Shown: one piece after another, positions 29,567 through 40,800 of the stretch
Layout of the letters: every line of letters begins with the position of its first letter
Position numbering within the stretch: the stretch's first letter is position 1
Assembly (NCBI GenBank): GCA_003599415.1
Contig: QZKB01000148.1
Coordinates: forward strand, 40,181-104,180
From: Ignavibacteriales bacterium
Lineage (GTDB): Bacteria; Bacteroidota; Ignavibacteria; Ignavibacteriales; SURF-24
Direction of reading: 5' to 3'
DNA length: 64,000 nt
The notes under the pieces: generated by a model
Databases searched by the model: none
What the model saw: the letters and a program-made list of their open reading frames with translations, nothing else
Told to the model about the DNA's origin: nothing
Position numbers and translations under genes: made by a program

Positions 29567-29614
29567 AAAAAATAAAGACTATTAAAAAGTGTATCTATAC
29601 CACGTTTGCGTTAT
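29567..29614 (-). promoter_or_regulatory. Autoregulatory-type promoter with the same 18-bp box upstream of the NarL regulator
   Basis: + strand ATACCACGTTTGCGTTAT at 29597-29614, preceded by GTGTATCT (compare GTGCATCA at 28781); minus-strand TATTTTTT 22 bp downstream. Confidence 0.6.
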
Positions 29615-29639
29615 TTTTTAAGAAATATCATTTTGATTT

Positions 29640-32600
29640 TTAAGTGGGAATAATAAGTCTTATCAAAGTGCCCTTTCCTTTATCTGAAGATATAGAAAGC
29701 TGTGCATTCATTTTTTCAGCTCGTTTTTTCATATTGTATAACCCGTTGTTTTCTTTAACACCCATAACATCAAAACCTTTTCCGTTATCCTGAATCTGCA
29801 TAGTAAAATTTTTTGAATCACCCGACAGATCAACAATACACTTTGTAGCATTGGAATGTTTAACTACATTTGTAAGGCACTCTTTATACAACAGAAAAAT
29901 ATTTCTGCGGACTTCCAGGTTGAAGCCTTCCATATTAACTCCGCTTGAAGCATTAAATGTCCACTCAAGGTTTGACAATATTTTTGCTGCTGTTTCTTTC
30001 ATTTTAAAAACAATATCTTCGCTGGCATCATTCCTTGGATTAATAAACCATATGATATCCCGCATAGCATCAACGGTTTCTTTTGCAGTCTTACTTATAT
30101 CAGAAGAAAGTTCATGCTCGTTCCTGTTTAGTGAATTGCTTTGCATAAGCATCTGACTGTTTACACTAATACTGCTAAGGTTGCTTCCAATTTCATCATG
30201 AAGATCACTTGCAATGTTATAACGGAGCCTTTCCATTTTTAATAGTTGTTTAATTCTGTATTGATATAAAGTAAAACCGATTGCAATAATTATAATAAAG
30301 ACTGATATTCTGAACCACCATGTATTCCACCAGGCAGGAAGAATTATGATCTTAAGTAATTTTGGTTTTCCCCATATTCCGTCGGGGTTTGTTGCTTTCA
30401 CAAAAAAACGGTATTTACCTTCCCGAATATCTGTATAATAGGCGGTTGTTCGTGTATCTGCGTTTACCCAATCCGGATCAATACCTTCAAGTTTATATGC
30501 AAAATTATGTTCATTAACAGGTAGTAGATCCAGAGCATTAAAACTTAATGAAAAGAAATTCTGGTTATGTTTTAATGTTATTTCATCGGTGGTTAAGAGT
30601 GATGTAGGCAGTGGAGCTTCAACATCAAAAATTTTAAATGATGTAAGAACAACGGGCGGACCAACAGGATCGATTTTTATTGAATCGGGAATAAATGAAA
30701 TTACACCGCCAATTCCTCCAAAGTACATTACTCCTTCTTTATTCTTAAAGTAAGAATGCCAGTTGAATTGATTATTTATCAGCCCGTCGTTTTCACTATA
30801 AATCCTGAAAGTATTTGTTTTAGGAGTAAACTTAACCAAACCTTTCATAGTACTTATCCATAAGTTACTTTGATTATCCTCAATAATTCCATATATAACA
30901 TCATTGGGAAGACCGTTCAAAGTAGAATAATGTTCAAATTTACCTGTCGATTTGTTGAATTTATTCAGCCCGGCATTAAAAGTACCAATCCATATTAAAC
31001 CGGAATTATCCTGTGCAATACAGGAAATTTTATTCCCGCTAATTGAATTTGATTTAACTTTTTGAGGCAGGTAATGAAATAATTTTTTATTGGTTAAGTC
31101 ATACCTGTAAAGCCCGTCCAGCCAGGTTCCTATCCAAATATTTTTTTCGCGGTCTTCAAACAATGCATTAACTGAAACCGAATCAGGAAATCTAGTGCTT
31201 GCGTCCTGGGTTTGGGGATTAAAGGGAAGGAAAATTTCTTTTTTCCTGTCGAATATCTGCAGTGCATCATTTGAACCGACAAGGAATAAACCTGTACTGG
31301 TTTCTAAAATTTGTTGTATCCAATTTGATCTTAATGAATTTGAGTTTCCATGAACATGCAGGTAATGTTTAAAAGTATTTGTAGCAGGATTAAAAAGATT
31401 TAATCCATTATTACTTGTTCCTATCCAGAGCAGTCCGTTTTTATCTTCATACATAGTAACAATATCATCTGCACTCAGGCTGTTTTTATCCTTAGGATTA
31501 AATCTGAAGTGATCGATTTTGTTTGACTTAAGATCAATCCGGTCAAAGCCTGCCCCGCCAAACCCTATCCAAAGTTTTTTGTTTTTACCTTCAATAATAC
31601 TGCTAACAACTCTTCCCCCCAGCGCAGTGTTTTTTGCAGGCATATATCTGTACTGAACAAATGACTCGTTCATCTTTAATTTATTTAAACCGTCTTCAGT
31701 ACCAATCCAAAGGTTCTTCTGGCGGTCTTCATAAAGATACCGGATTCTGTTACAGACAAGTGAATGACTATTGTTTTCATCATTGATTAGATGTGTTACT
31801 TTTGATGTTCCTGTTAAATCCTGTTCTAAGAGAAAGAGACCGGAGTAATTATAACCGCCAATCCACATCCTGTTTTTATAATCAACAAGAGTCTGTCGTA
31901 TTGAAGTTGATAAAACAGATTGGTATTCAGCCGGAAAATCACCGGGCTGAGTAAAAATGTTTTTATTTATATCGTATAATTTTAAACCGCCATCCGTGCT
32001 TATTAGTAATGAATTATTTCTGTACTTTGTAAGAAACCAGATGTAGTTATCAGGAAACGAACTTGGATGATTATTTTTCGGAAAAATTTGTAACTGCTTA
32101 TTATCTGCTGTTGAAAATTTTATTATTCCTCCTCCCCAGGTTCCTACCCAAAGAATATTATTGTCATCCTCATCTATTACCGTCACATTGTTGTGCGGAA
32201 AGTAATATTCGTTTCTCCGGGAAGTGTTGTACGTTTTAATTTTTAATGTTTCCGGATTAAGTTTATTTAATCCGTTTGTTGTTGTTCCAAACCAGATATT
32301 ATTATTATGATCCTCAAATATATGTTGAATGTAAAGGTTGTTGCCGGGTTTATGTATCTTTGTAAAAGACTCCTGAACCGGATCATATTTGCATAAACCG
32401 CTTCCCCAGGTTCCTACCCATAGGGTTTTATCTCTGCTCTCAAGCAAATTCATAATATAGTTCTCCGGCAAAGAGGTTGGGTCAGCCGGGTTGTTTTTGA
32501 ATACTTTAAAAGACTGTCCGTCATACCTGTTCAATCCGTCTTTAGTAGCTATCCATAAATATCCGTCTGATGTCTGTACGATGCAATTAATAGATGTGTT

Positions 32601-32714
32601 AGAAAGACCATTATTTACATTGAACCTTTCGAACTTCAAATAGCTGAATTGGGAATAAAGAATGACTGGACTGATTAAGAAAATCAGTATGATTATTAAA
32701 GTATTTTTAATCAT
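29640..32714 (-). CDS. Sensor histidine kinase: periplasmic beta-propeller (Reg_prop) + Y_Y_Y domain, TM, HisKA_3, HATPase
   Basis: Many LWIGT/GLN repeats; YKLEGIDPDW...YYTDIREGKYRFFVKATNPDG; PAWWNTWWF TM; IASDLHDEIGSNLS; KECLTNVVKHS; DNGKGF; GLYNMKKRA. Confidence 0.95.
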   Translation of the reverse strand: MIKNTLIIILIFLISPVILYSQFSYLKFERFNVNNGLSNTSINCIVQTSDGYLWIATKDGLNRYDGQSFKVFKNNPADPTSLPENYIMNLLESRDKTLWVGTWGSGLCKYDPVQESFTKIHKPGNNLYIQHIFEDHNNNIWFGTTTNGLNKLNPETLKIKTYNTSRRNEYYFPHNNVTVIDEDDNNILWVGTWGGGIIKFSTADNKQLQIFPKNNHPSSFPDNYIWFLTKYRNNSLLISTDGGLKLYDINKNIFTQPGDFPAEYQSVLSTSIRQTLVDYKNRMWIGGYNYSGLFLLEQDLTGTSKVTHLINDENNSHSLVCNRIRYLYEDRQKNLWIGTEDGLNKLKMNESFVQYRYMPAKNTALGGRVVSSIIEGKNKKLWIGFGGAGFDRIDLKSNKIDHFRFNPKDKNSLSADDIVTMYEDKNGLLWIGTSNNGLNLFNPATNTFKHYLHVHGNSNSLRSNWIQQILETSTGLFLVGSNDALQIFDRKKEIFLPFNPQTQDASTRFPDSVSVNALFEDREKNIWIGTWLDGLYRYDLTNKKLFHYLPQKVKSNSISGNKISCIAQDNSGLIWIGTFNAGLNKFNKSTGKFEHYSTLNGLPNDVIYGIIEDNQSNLWISTMKGLVKFTPKTNTFRIYSENDGLINNQFNWHSYFKNKEGVMYFGGIGGVISFIPDSIKIDPVGPPVVLTSFKIFDVEAPLPTSLLTTDEITLKHNQNFFSLSFNALDLLPVNEHNFAYKLEGIDPDWVNADTRTTAYYTDIREGKYRFFVKATNPDGIWGKPKLLKIIILPAWWNTWWFRISVFIIIIAIGFTLYQYRIKQLLKMERLRYNIASDLHDEIGSNLSSISVNSQMLMQSNSLNRNEHELSSDISKTAKETVDAMRDIIWFINPRNDASEDIVFKMKETAAKILSNLEWTFNASSGVNMEGFNLEVRRNIFLLYKECLTNVVKHSNATKCIVDLSGDSKNFTMQIQDNGKGFDVMGVKENNGLYNMKKRAEKMNAQLSISSDKGKGTLIRLIIPT

Positions 32715-32843
32715 AAGTATGGGAAAATTAAAAAATAAATATTCCTGAAACTATTAAAAATAAAACCTCGTTTCAAAATAATTTTTATGTAATCATTACA
32801 TCAAACTGCAGATAAAAAAACGGACAATTTTATTATGTCAACA

Positions 32844-34646
32844 CTACTTCATTAGCAATAATTTTTTAGTCATTGTGAAATCATTTCCTGCAAGTGTATA
32901 GAAATAGACACCCGAACAAACAGGTAAATTCTTTTCATCATTTGAATTCCACGTTATATAGTTTTCACCGGTTGCAGGATCCTCAATTCTTTTAGAAAAA
33001 ATTTTTCTGCCGAGCGTATCGTAAATGTAAAAATCAAGTGGTTGTTCCTTTGAAACAAAAAACTTAATTATTGTATTTCCATTGAAGGGATTCGGATAGT
33101 TCTGCTCAAGTATAAATTTATCTGGTGTTAAATTGTCCTGTTCGTTCAAACCGGTAGAAACCTGTTCAACAACAATTCCATCAACCAAAGGGTTATTTAT
33201 CTCAGCCGGGAAATAAATGTCTATTACTTCATCTTTAATAATAATATTATCAATTGTTAAATTGTACGCTGCATTTTTCCCTGCAGCTTTGAAAATATCA
33301 ACATTATCTGCCACAAGTGAATCTTCGACAAAAATATCAAAAACGCGTTTGTCGTTCTCAGTAAAATAATTTTCAGACATCATCAGTTTCAGTTTGTATG
33401 CTCCATTCGGTACACGTACTTTGTATGTTACAAGGCTATATCTTTCCGACTTGTAAATATAATCTTCATCTGTGCCGCTGATAAGAGCAGAAGTTTCAGC
33501 TGCAGTCCCGTCAAGATATCCATATTCAACACTTTCATTCCACTCCTGATCTGCTAGGTAACCGGAAGATGCCAGACCGCCGACATTTATTTTAATAGGG
33601 AAACTCAATTGTTTGGGCATATTAATCATTACGGCTTTTGCGCTTGTAATATTGGGTGGATCTGCAAGATCATTAATTCCCGCAAGAGTTATTAGATTAT
33701 AACTTTTAGAAAGATCAAGTTTAGATATAAAGAGATCAACTTTCTTAAGGTTGCCTTGAAGCCGGATGCTGTCTATAACCGTCCCGGCAATCATATATAA
33801 GCTTTTATTTTCTGCAGTAGTTTTATCAAGCTCTTCGGAAAATGTGGCGGTTACTTTTCCACTGGTTGCTCTTGCAGTTAATAGCACCGGAATTTTCTTG
33901 TCTGTAAATCCAAGGTTATCTGGATCAGTAAGACATAGTACAAGTTTGCCATCTCTGAAGACAGCATTTTCCTGAACGAAGTCGCAGTTGTTTCCGTTAA
34001 AAGTATGTGTTGCTTTATCCCATCTTGTTTGGTCCCAGGAATTAAATTCATCTGTCCACAGATGTGTAAAATTATTTCCTGTTCCGTACGTGCCGGTGCC
34101 GGGTGTATATGAGTAATAGCTTACAAAATCATAATATGCAAAGAAGGGAAGAGTGATTTCATTAAAAATACCCGCCCAGTTTTCATAAGCAGGATTCCAG
34201 ATATTCATCATGATTTTCTGTGGACGATTTAAAGTTTTAATATGATCTTCTGTTTGTCTTGCTACTTCCTCTCCATCAATAAACCAGGCAACATAATCGG
34301 GCGTCCATTCAAAAGCATATGTGTGAAAATCTTCTGCGGGATTAAAATTTACATTCTGTGCCCTAACATGGTTGGTTTGTCCCGGTGTTATGGTATTAAA
34401 CTGAACATTGTCATTATATCTTCCCATTATTTCAATATCAATTTCATTCCAGGTGCTTGACCCGTCATGATAAGTAAAGAAAGATGAAAGCATTCCTTCG
34501 CGCTGTGCAGATTTAATTCGTGCTTCAAACCTGCCGTAAGTATAGGCGGCCTTAGTGCGATATTCGGCTCCCTTAAAATTTTTTGCATTTAGAACAAACG
34601 TGCTTCCCATTAAAATGAACAATGTTGTCAGTAATATTTTTTTCAT
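32844..34646 (-). CDS. T9SS-secreted GH16 beta-1,3(4)-glucanase with Ig-like and malectin-like domains (copy 2)
   Basis: WNEIDIE; colinear full-length paralog of 17478..19286; CTD. Confidence 0.9.
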   Translation of the reverse strand: MKKILLTTLFILMGSTFVLNAKNFKGAEYRTKAAYTYGRFEARIKSAQREGMLSSFFTYHDGSSTWNEIDIEIMGRYNDNVQFNTITPGQTNHVRAQNVNFNPAEDFHTYAFEWTPDYVAWFIDGEEVARQTEDHIKTLNRPQKIMMNIWNPAYENWAGIFNEITLPFFAYYDFVSYYSYTPGTGTYGTGNNFTHLWTDEFNSWDQTRWDKATHTFNGNNCDFVQENAVFRDGKLVLCLTDPDNLGFTDKKIPVLLTARATSGKVTATFSEELDKTTAENKSLYMIAGTVIDSIRLQGNLKKVDLFISKLDLSKSYNLITLAGINDLADPPNITSAKAVMINMPKQLSFPIKINVGGLASSGYLADQEWNESVEYGYLDGTAAETSALISGTDEDYIYKSERYSLVTYKVRVPNGAYKLKLMMSENYFTENDKRVFDIFVEDSLVADNVDIFKAAGKNAAYNLTIDNIIIKDEVIDIYFPAEINNPLVDGIVVEQVSTGLNEQDNLTPDKFILEQNYPNPFNGNTIIKFFVSKEQPLDFYIYDTLGRKIFSKRIEDPATGENYITWNSNDEKNLPVCSGVYFYTLAGNDFTMTKKLLLMK

Positions 34647-34699
34647 GATCTCTTCCTTTAATTGAATGAACTCTTCGTTTAAGTATTACTGGTAAAAAA

Positions 34700-36703
34700 T
34701 TATTTCAGCAGAATCATCTTTTTTGATGCTGTGTACGTTCTGCCAATTACCTGGTAGAAATAAATGCCTGTTGCTGGCTCATTCCCGGTATTATCATTTG
34801 TATTCCATGTGTAAAAATTTTCTCCGCTTCTGCAAAAATCCAAATCTTTTGTGTGAACTAAATTTCCAAGAGAATCATAAATATTAATCTTTATATCCTC
34901 TTCTGCCGGCAGATGAAACCGGATAACTGTTGATCCGTTAAAAGGGTTCGGAAAATTTTGTTCAAGCTCTATCCGGGAAGGGATAATCTGTTGGAGTGTT
35001 CCAAGCCCGCTTGGTTTATTTACACCTTTAAAAAAGCCTGTAACAAAAACAAGTGGGGAATTCCAATTTATTGCTACTTCGTTTGATGCGTAACTTTCCA
35101 TTACATCAACATAACATAAAGCAGGCGGGGTCGAGCTGTTAAAACGCGCTTTTAAAACATCATCACTTAAATATTTATTTGGACCACCGGCAAGCAAGCC
35201 TGGTACTGGCGCTGTAATTTTATCTGCTTCGGAAGGACGATGATGCGGGTGCATAACCGAATTTGTTCCGGTTCCTGTAACAAATGAAATATTATGTGCG
35301 TTGCATCCAAGAATATAGTTAAGCTGATCCAAAGCAGTGTTGTAATAATTCATATCGGCAGTAAGCTGGTATTCCGCTATAAGTAATATCGCTTTATTCA
35401 GTACATCTGAATTACAGCCCCAGTTAAATTCGTTTGATATTAAAGTTAGATGAAAACCACTTGAGTTTCTTCTGGATACTAATTTATCGCAATAAGTTTT
35501 AAGCGCTGCTTTCAGCGTATTCTTGATTGAGGAATCTGTATTCGGGTTATTACTTAAAAGATAGGTGAGTAAAGCAAGACTTCTAACATTTCCCCAGCCC
35601 ATTGCGCCTGTAAATATTTCGGCTTCATTATAATGAGATTTGAAATAGTTATGATACGTTTCTTTTCCTGTAGTTAAAAATAATTCACAGGCAGCCCATA
35701 ATCTTTCATCTCTGTCATCGGAATCGCCATATCCACCTGTAAATGTATCGGAAGGATTTTTAAATCCGCCTGTTGGAACAATTGAAGAATGGACTTCAAG
35801 ATAAGACCAGGCAAGTTCTGCAGCAGAAAGACATTTGCTTGAAAAAGAAGAATCGAAGGCAGAATATATTCTTGATGCTTTTGCAAGTACACTTGCAAAG
35901 TCTCCTGTTGCAGTGCTTGATACGGTATAAATATTTCGCATGCCGGAATCGTTATTCGGCATAATAAAACTTTCAAAATTATTTTTTGTAACCTTAAAGA
36001 AAACTCCGCCGTCTGTATTCTGCATTTTCAGGAACCAGTCAATTTCATATTTGTTTTCATCAAGTAAATCAGGAATACAATTTCCGCTTTCGGGAATATT
36101 TAAATCATCATTGTAAAACCGGTCCGGAAATAATTCGTAAGCAAGCAACATTGTACCAACAGTAACTCCGGCATTAACAATATATTTTCCGTAATCACCT
36201 GCATCGTGCCATCCGCCGGTAACTAAGCGGAAGCCGCTTAAACCTGTAGACGTATGATAAAATCCATCTGTTGTATGACAGGCGGTATGGTAATAAACGC
36301 CGGCGTGTGTACCAGGCAGCAAAGAGCCGCATCGCCAGTAATAGAAACCTTTTAATGAAGCTTTATATACATTCTCATAGACGATGTCTGAGATAGTGAA
36401 TTCATATGATTTTTCACCATCTTTAGTGCTGATATAGTAGCGGCCGGTTTCATTGAACGAGGAAAAACTTCCTTTTGATAATGTTAAACCTGTCATCTCA
36501 TCAGAGATAGTCCGGGATGTAAGATCTCCGCGGAATTTTATTTGACCGTTAGCGGCGTCACAAATGTAGAAGCTATCCGCACCCGAAGTGCTGAAGACAA
36601 ATTTTTCTGAGCTTGTTAAATAACCTTCCTGATTAATAAATACTGTACAATAGGCGGTAATATTGAAGGCTAATAATAGAAATAATCGTTGAATTTTTAT
36701 CAT
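34700..36703 (-). CDS. T9SS-secreted GH9 endoglucanase with N-terminal Ig-like (CelD_N) domain
   Basis: NQEGY; GGWHDAGDYGKY; DERLWAA; HPHHR; YASNEVAINWN; CTD. Confidence 0.93.
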   Translation of the reverse strand: MIKIQRLFLLLAFNITAYCTVFINQEGYLTSSEKFVFSTSGADSFYICDAANGQIKFRGDLTSRTISDEMTGLTLSKGSFSSFNETGRYYISTKDGEKSYEFTISDIVYENVYKASLKGFYYWRCGSLLPGTHAGVYYHTACHTTDGFYHTSTGLSGFRLVTGGWHDAGDYGKYIVNAGVTVGTMLLAYELFPDRFYNDDLNIPESGNCIPDLLDENKYEIDWFLKMQNTDGGVFFKVTKNNFESFIMPNNDSGMRNIYTVSSTATGDFASVLAKASRIYSAFDSSFSSKCLSAAELAWSYLEVHSSIVPTGGFKNPSDTFTGGYGDSDDRDERLWAACELFLTTGKETYHNYFKSHYNEAEIFTGAMGWGNVRSLALLTYLLSNNPNTDSSIKNTLKAALKTYCDKLVSRRNSSGFHLTLISNEFNWGCNSDVLNKAILLIAEYQLTADMNYYNTALDQLNYILGCNAHNISFVTGTGTNSVMHPHHRPSEADKITAPVPGLLAGGPNKYLSDDVLKARFNSSTPPALCYVDVMESYASNEVAINWNSPLVFVTGFFKGVNKPSGLGTLQQIIPSRIELEQNFPNPFNGSTVIRFHLPAEEDIKINIYDSLGNLVHTKDLDFCRSGENFYTWNTNDNTGNEPATGIYFYQVIGRTYTASKKMILLK

Positions 36704-36728
36704 AAAAATTTTATTTAAGCATGTTTAT

Positions 36729-36757
36729 AAACAAAGGAACACGCCGAAGCGTGTTCC
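36729..36757 (-). terminator. Intrinsic terminator after the PorV-like gene
   Basis: Minus strand GGAACACGC-TTCG-GCGTGTTCC then TTTGTTT (C-UUCG-G tetraloop). Confidence 0.75.
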
Positions 36758-36787
36758 AGTAAGATAGTTATTATTTAAAGAGCATTG

Positions 36788-37819
36788 TTAAAAAGTTATA
36801 CCCACAGTGAACTTCTGGATATCTTTAAGTCTTCCAAAATCCTGGTAGGCATAATCAAAACGTAAACCTAAGTTACCAAGCACTTCCTGCTTTACACCAA
36901 CTCCAAGCGTCAATCCGCCTTCAGCATCTTTTTGGAAAAGTGAGGAGTAACCACCGCGTAAAGCGATAAGATTCATAAACAGATATTCTCCGCCTATATT
37001 TACGCATTCATAGTTATCGCTTGGATGCATAGCATCAACTGCCACTGTTAATTTATTTTGTTCGTTGAATTCTGCCGTATAGCCTAATCCAACTCTGAAG
37101 TTTAACGGCAGTGACCAGGATTGAGTTTCAAGGTAAGCGGGAATCTGATCATTATTGCCTCCGCTTGTTAAATCAAGATCAACAAGAATAAGGTTAGAGT
37201 TTCCGCTTAACTGCATCTTTGTTCCGAAATTAGTAATTGCTGCCGCAAGTATAATTCCTGCAAACGGAGTTCTGTACTGAACACCGATATCCATTGCGAA
37301 TGCTGTTGCTCCCATTTTCCATAAAGACTGGTAAACAACTTTAGGATTAAAACCGATGCAGAAATTATCCGTAAGGTTAATTGCATAAGCAAGACTGAAT
37401 GAAACATCTCTTGCAGAAAATGTTTCGCCGGTGCCATTTGGTTCTTCAATTGTGGTTACATTCATTTCTCCGTAATTGGATGTTGTAAAGCTCATACCAA
37501 TTACTCCGAGATCACCAAGATTGTAAGATGCTGCAAGGTAGTTATAGCTTACATCTGCAAGCCATTTTGTATGATCGAATATAATTCCGAAACCTGAAGT
37601 CTTTGCAAGACCAGCAGGGTTCCAGAACATTGCGCTCTGGTCATCGGAAACACTTACAAAAGCGCTGCCCATAGCGGTTGCTCTTGCACCCTGTGCAATA
37701 GAAAGAAACGGGGCAGCCGTTGTACCTTTTTTAGAAACATCTGAAACAAAAAGCTGAGCAAATGTAGCAGATGCAGTAAAGAAAATTAAAAGTATTGTGA
37801 TATTAAATTTATTTTTCAT
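36788..37819 (-). CDS. PorV/PorQ-family (FadL-like) outer-membrane beta-barrel
   Basis: Signal peptide; FLSIAQGARATAMGSAF; FWNPAGLA; LPLNFRVG; ALRGGY; FDYAY; C-terminal FTVGITF. Confidence 0.88.
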   Translation of the reverse strand: MKNKFNITILLIFFTASATFAQLFVSDVSKKGTTAAPFLSIAQGARATAMGSAFVSVSDDQSAMFWNPAGLAKTSGFGIIFDHTKWLADVSYNYLAASYNLGDLGVIGMSFTTSNYGEMNVTTIEEPNGTGETFSARDVSFSLAYAINLTDNFCIGFNPKVVYQSLWKMGATAFAMDIGVQYRTPFAGIILAAAITNFGTKMQLSGNSNLILVDLDLTSGGNNDQIPAYLETQSWSLPLNFRVGLGYTAEFNEQNKLTVAVDAMHPSDNYECVNIGGEYLFMNLIALRGGYSSLFQKDAEGGLTLGVGVKQEVLGNLGLRFDYAYQDFGRLKDIQKFTVGITF

Positions 37820-37832
37820 TTTTTCATCTCCT

Positions 37833-40800
37833 TTACTTTATTACCGCAAATTTGCCGATGTGTTCGCCAATACCTTCCGCTTTTACGTGGAATATATATA
37901 CACCGTAAGCTATGTCCATACCATCTTCCGTAACCATGTTCCAGGTAAGGGCACCATCCATTGGCGATGTATCTTTGTAAAGAGTTTTAACAAGTGCACC
38001 GGCCATTGTATAAATTCTTACTTCACATTTTGCAGGAAGGTTTATAAATGAAATCTTGCGTTCGCCTCTGCCTGTAGAATTAAGGTTAATTCTTTCCCAG
38101 GTAGCTGCACCAAGGTATGGATTAGGTACAACAGAAATTTTTGATAATTCCTGGTTAGCTTTATTGTTATCCGTTGCTGAAGGAGAAATAGAGTATGAGA
38201 AGTAATCACCTTCATAGAACGGTTTAGAAATTCTTAATAGGAATTTATCGCCTGCTCCCGGAATATTAGGAGTTGCATTAGGATCTAGTGGTCCATTATA
38301 ACTTATCTTCCATGCAATTCTTGAATTACCGACTGTTTGTGCACCTATGAATTCGAGTATCTGAATTTCATCTCCGATAGTTAAGCTGTTTGAGTTATCA
38401 AGATCTCTTATTGCGAATTTACTTTTAAGACCCGTGAATAAATTTGTTATTTTGAAATTGACAGGCATTTTAACATAGAACTGTGGAAGCGCACTTATAA
38501 AACCTGTATCCTGTGGCGAATCGAAAAATTCTATCTGATAATCATTTGGCCAAGGGACTCCTCTGCTAGTTGCATCTGCAGAAACAGCAAGATCCAAATT
38601 GCTGTCACCGGTTAACCAGTTGGTTTGGTCAACTATCGGCAGAATAGTGGTATCGTTAATTACAGATATTACCATTCCATCAAAAGCAGGAGTTGGTCTG
38701 TTGGCACCAATGTTAGAAGTGTCAAGATCTGAAATTAATGTAGAATCTTTTCCGTTAAGAATACGGTGAACACTGAATTTACTTGTTTCGTAGTTTGGCA
38801 TTGTTCCGGTAGAATTAAATACTACACGGTATTCAGCACCCAAAACAATCTGTGAAGGATCAAGAATCTCAAAAGATAATTTTCCTGTGCCCAAACCGGA
38901 AGTAACTTTATTGGGGTCTCCAACGAAACTAGGTGGAATGTACCCGGCAGAAGGTGCATTTGGTGTAATAACAGCACAGTTGATATCTACAAATTGTAGA
39001 TTACCGGCAAAGTCTTCTGTGATTATTTTTGTACACTCAGTAGGCTGCAAACCTTTGGTTCCATATTGCGGGTCACCCATATCATATGAGACTACTGCAT
39101 AATAGTATCGTTGCCCGTTATTAACGGTAGTATCTTTATAGCTGTGTTGTAAACCCGTTTCATTTCCACGCCAGAAATGTGCACCGTTTATACCAACCGG
39201 ATCAGGTCCTTTAAGGCTATCAATAATATCAAACTGGGCTAAAGGTTTCCAGTATTTCGGATTTCCTTTGGAATCGGTAATAATTTTTACATCGTTAAAG
39301 GCAGCCTCGGTACTTCTGTAAACCATGTATCCTTCAAAGTCTTTCTTATAACCTTTGGTAGGGTCATTATCTTCGTACCCAAGAAATTTGTCAATTGATT
39401 CTTCAGCCTTATTATCCCAGAATAAATAAACTGCACCATCACCCGGAACGGCTGTTAATTTTGGCTTGTTAGGCGGCTTGGAAAAATTATAGTTGGCATT
39501 ATAAATTTCCTGGATAGTTTCTTTATTAAAGATAAGGTCTTCTATATTATTGCCGAACATAAATGCCATTGAGAATCTTTCTCTTTTGCTCTTTTGTAGA
39601 GGGAAAGGTCCGGATGCAAAAACAATACTGATATTGGAATTCTGGAGAGAAGTATCGAATGTACCTGCAACCATTTTCATCCACATTGGTTCGTCATCTT
39701 TTGGCCAGCCACCTCCAACACCACCGTCTCCAAGTCTGTAAATTGAAACCGCAGTTAATCCAATCTGATCAGATTCATCTTTATCTGTCTTATCAACATT
39801 AGGTTCACCCGGGAATTCAGTTGCAATGGGGTAAGCGCCGCTTGTAGGTATTCCGTCACCTTCACCCTGGTCTGGTCCTGTATAACCATCATCCAAAGGA
39901 CCAACGCCGTCTAAACCAAGGTCATCATTCAATGGTTCATTTAGATCGCCATCCCACTTTCCGTTGCTATTAATATCTGAAAATCCGAGCCAGTCATTAT
40001 CATTATCAATACCATCATCTCTTGTTTCATTTAAAAGACCGTCTTCGTCGTTATCGGTATTATCCAAAGCATTGCCCGGGCTTTCAAGGTAAGCATAACC
40101 GTACAGGCCGGTAATCCACTGGTCGGGCACGCCTTTCCCGTTTCCATCGTATGCGTAAACAATATCAAGCCTTGTATCAAATGAAGCGCAATCGTCACCG
40201 GAATCATTTGTGCCGCCAACACCGGGGTCAGTATAGAATCCGAATGCTGCATCGCTATAGTCATTATCAGAAATATTAACAATATCAAAATGTTGAAAGA
40301 GTATATTTTCAGCAAGTACGTGAGACCATTGAAAACCTCTTGTTTCTACACGAACTCCCAAGCCGCCGCGTAAAGTATCGGATGCGATTGGATTATACAT
40401 ATAAGGTTTTCTCTGGAATTCTTTGTCTTTGGAATCATCCATAACGAAGAATGTTTCAAAATCCGAGTTTGTAATTCCTTTACCAAAATAACCGCTCCAT
40501 TTACCTGCCCATCCCGGATCGTTTAAGTCGGTCATTTTATCGGGCCAGTAATCGGGCCAGGATTGTTTATCTGTGTTAATTGCTGGTTTGGTATAAGTCG
40601 CATTAAAATAGCCGGGGACTGGAGTTAACGTCCAGAGCTGACCTGTTACAGGATCTTTATCAACCCATTCCCTGTAATAAGTTTCCAGAGGATGAATTTT
40701 CTGGCCTGTTCCCGGTGCAGTAACTTCCGCTGCAATAAGAACGCAAATACCATCTTCGTAAGAATGCCCGGAGTATTTTGGCCACTCTCCGGATGGCTGA

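Noticed and set aside
17478-34646. Treating the GH16-bracketed block as a transposon or integrative element
   Set aside because: No transposase, integrase, terminal inverted repeats or target-site duplication seen; the GH16 copies are diverged, so any event is old.
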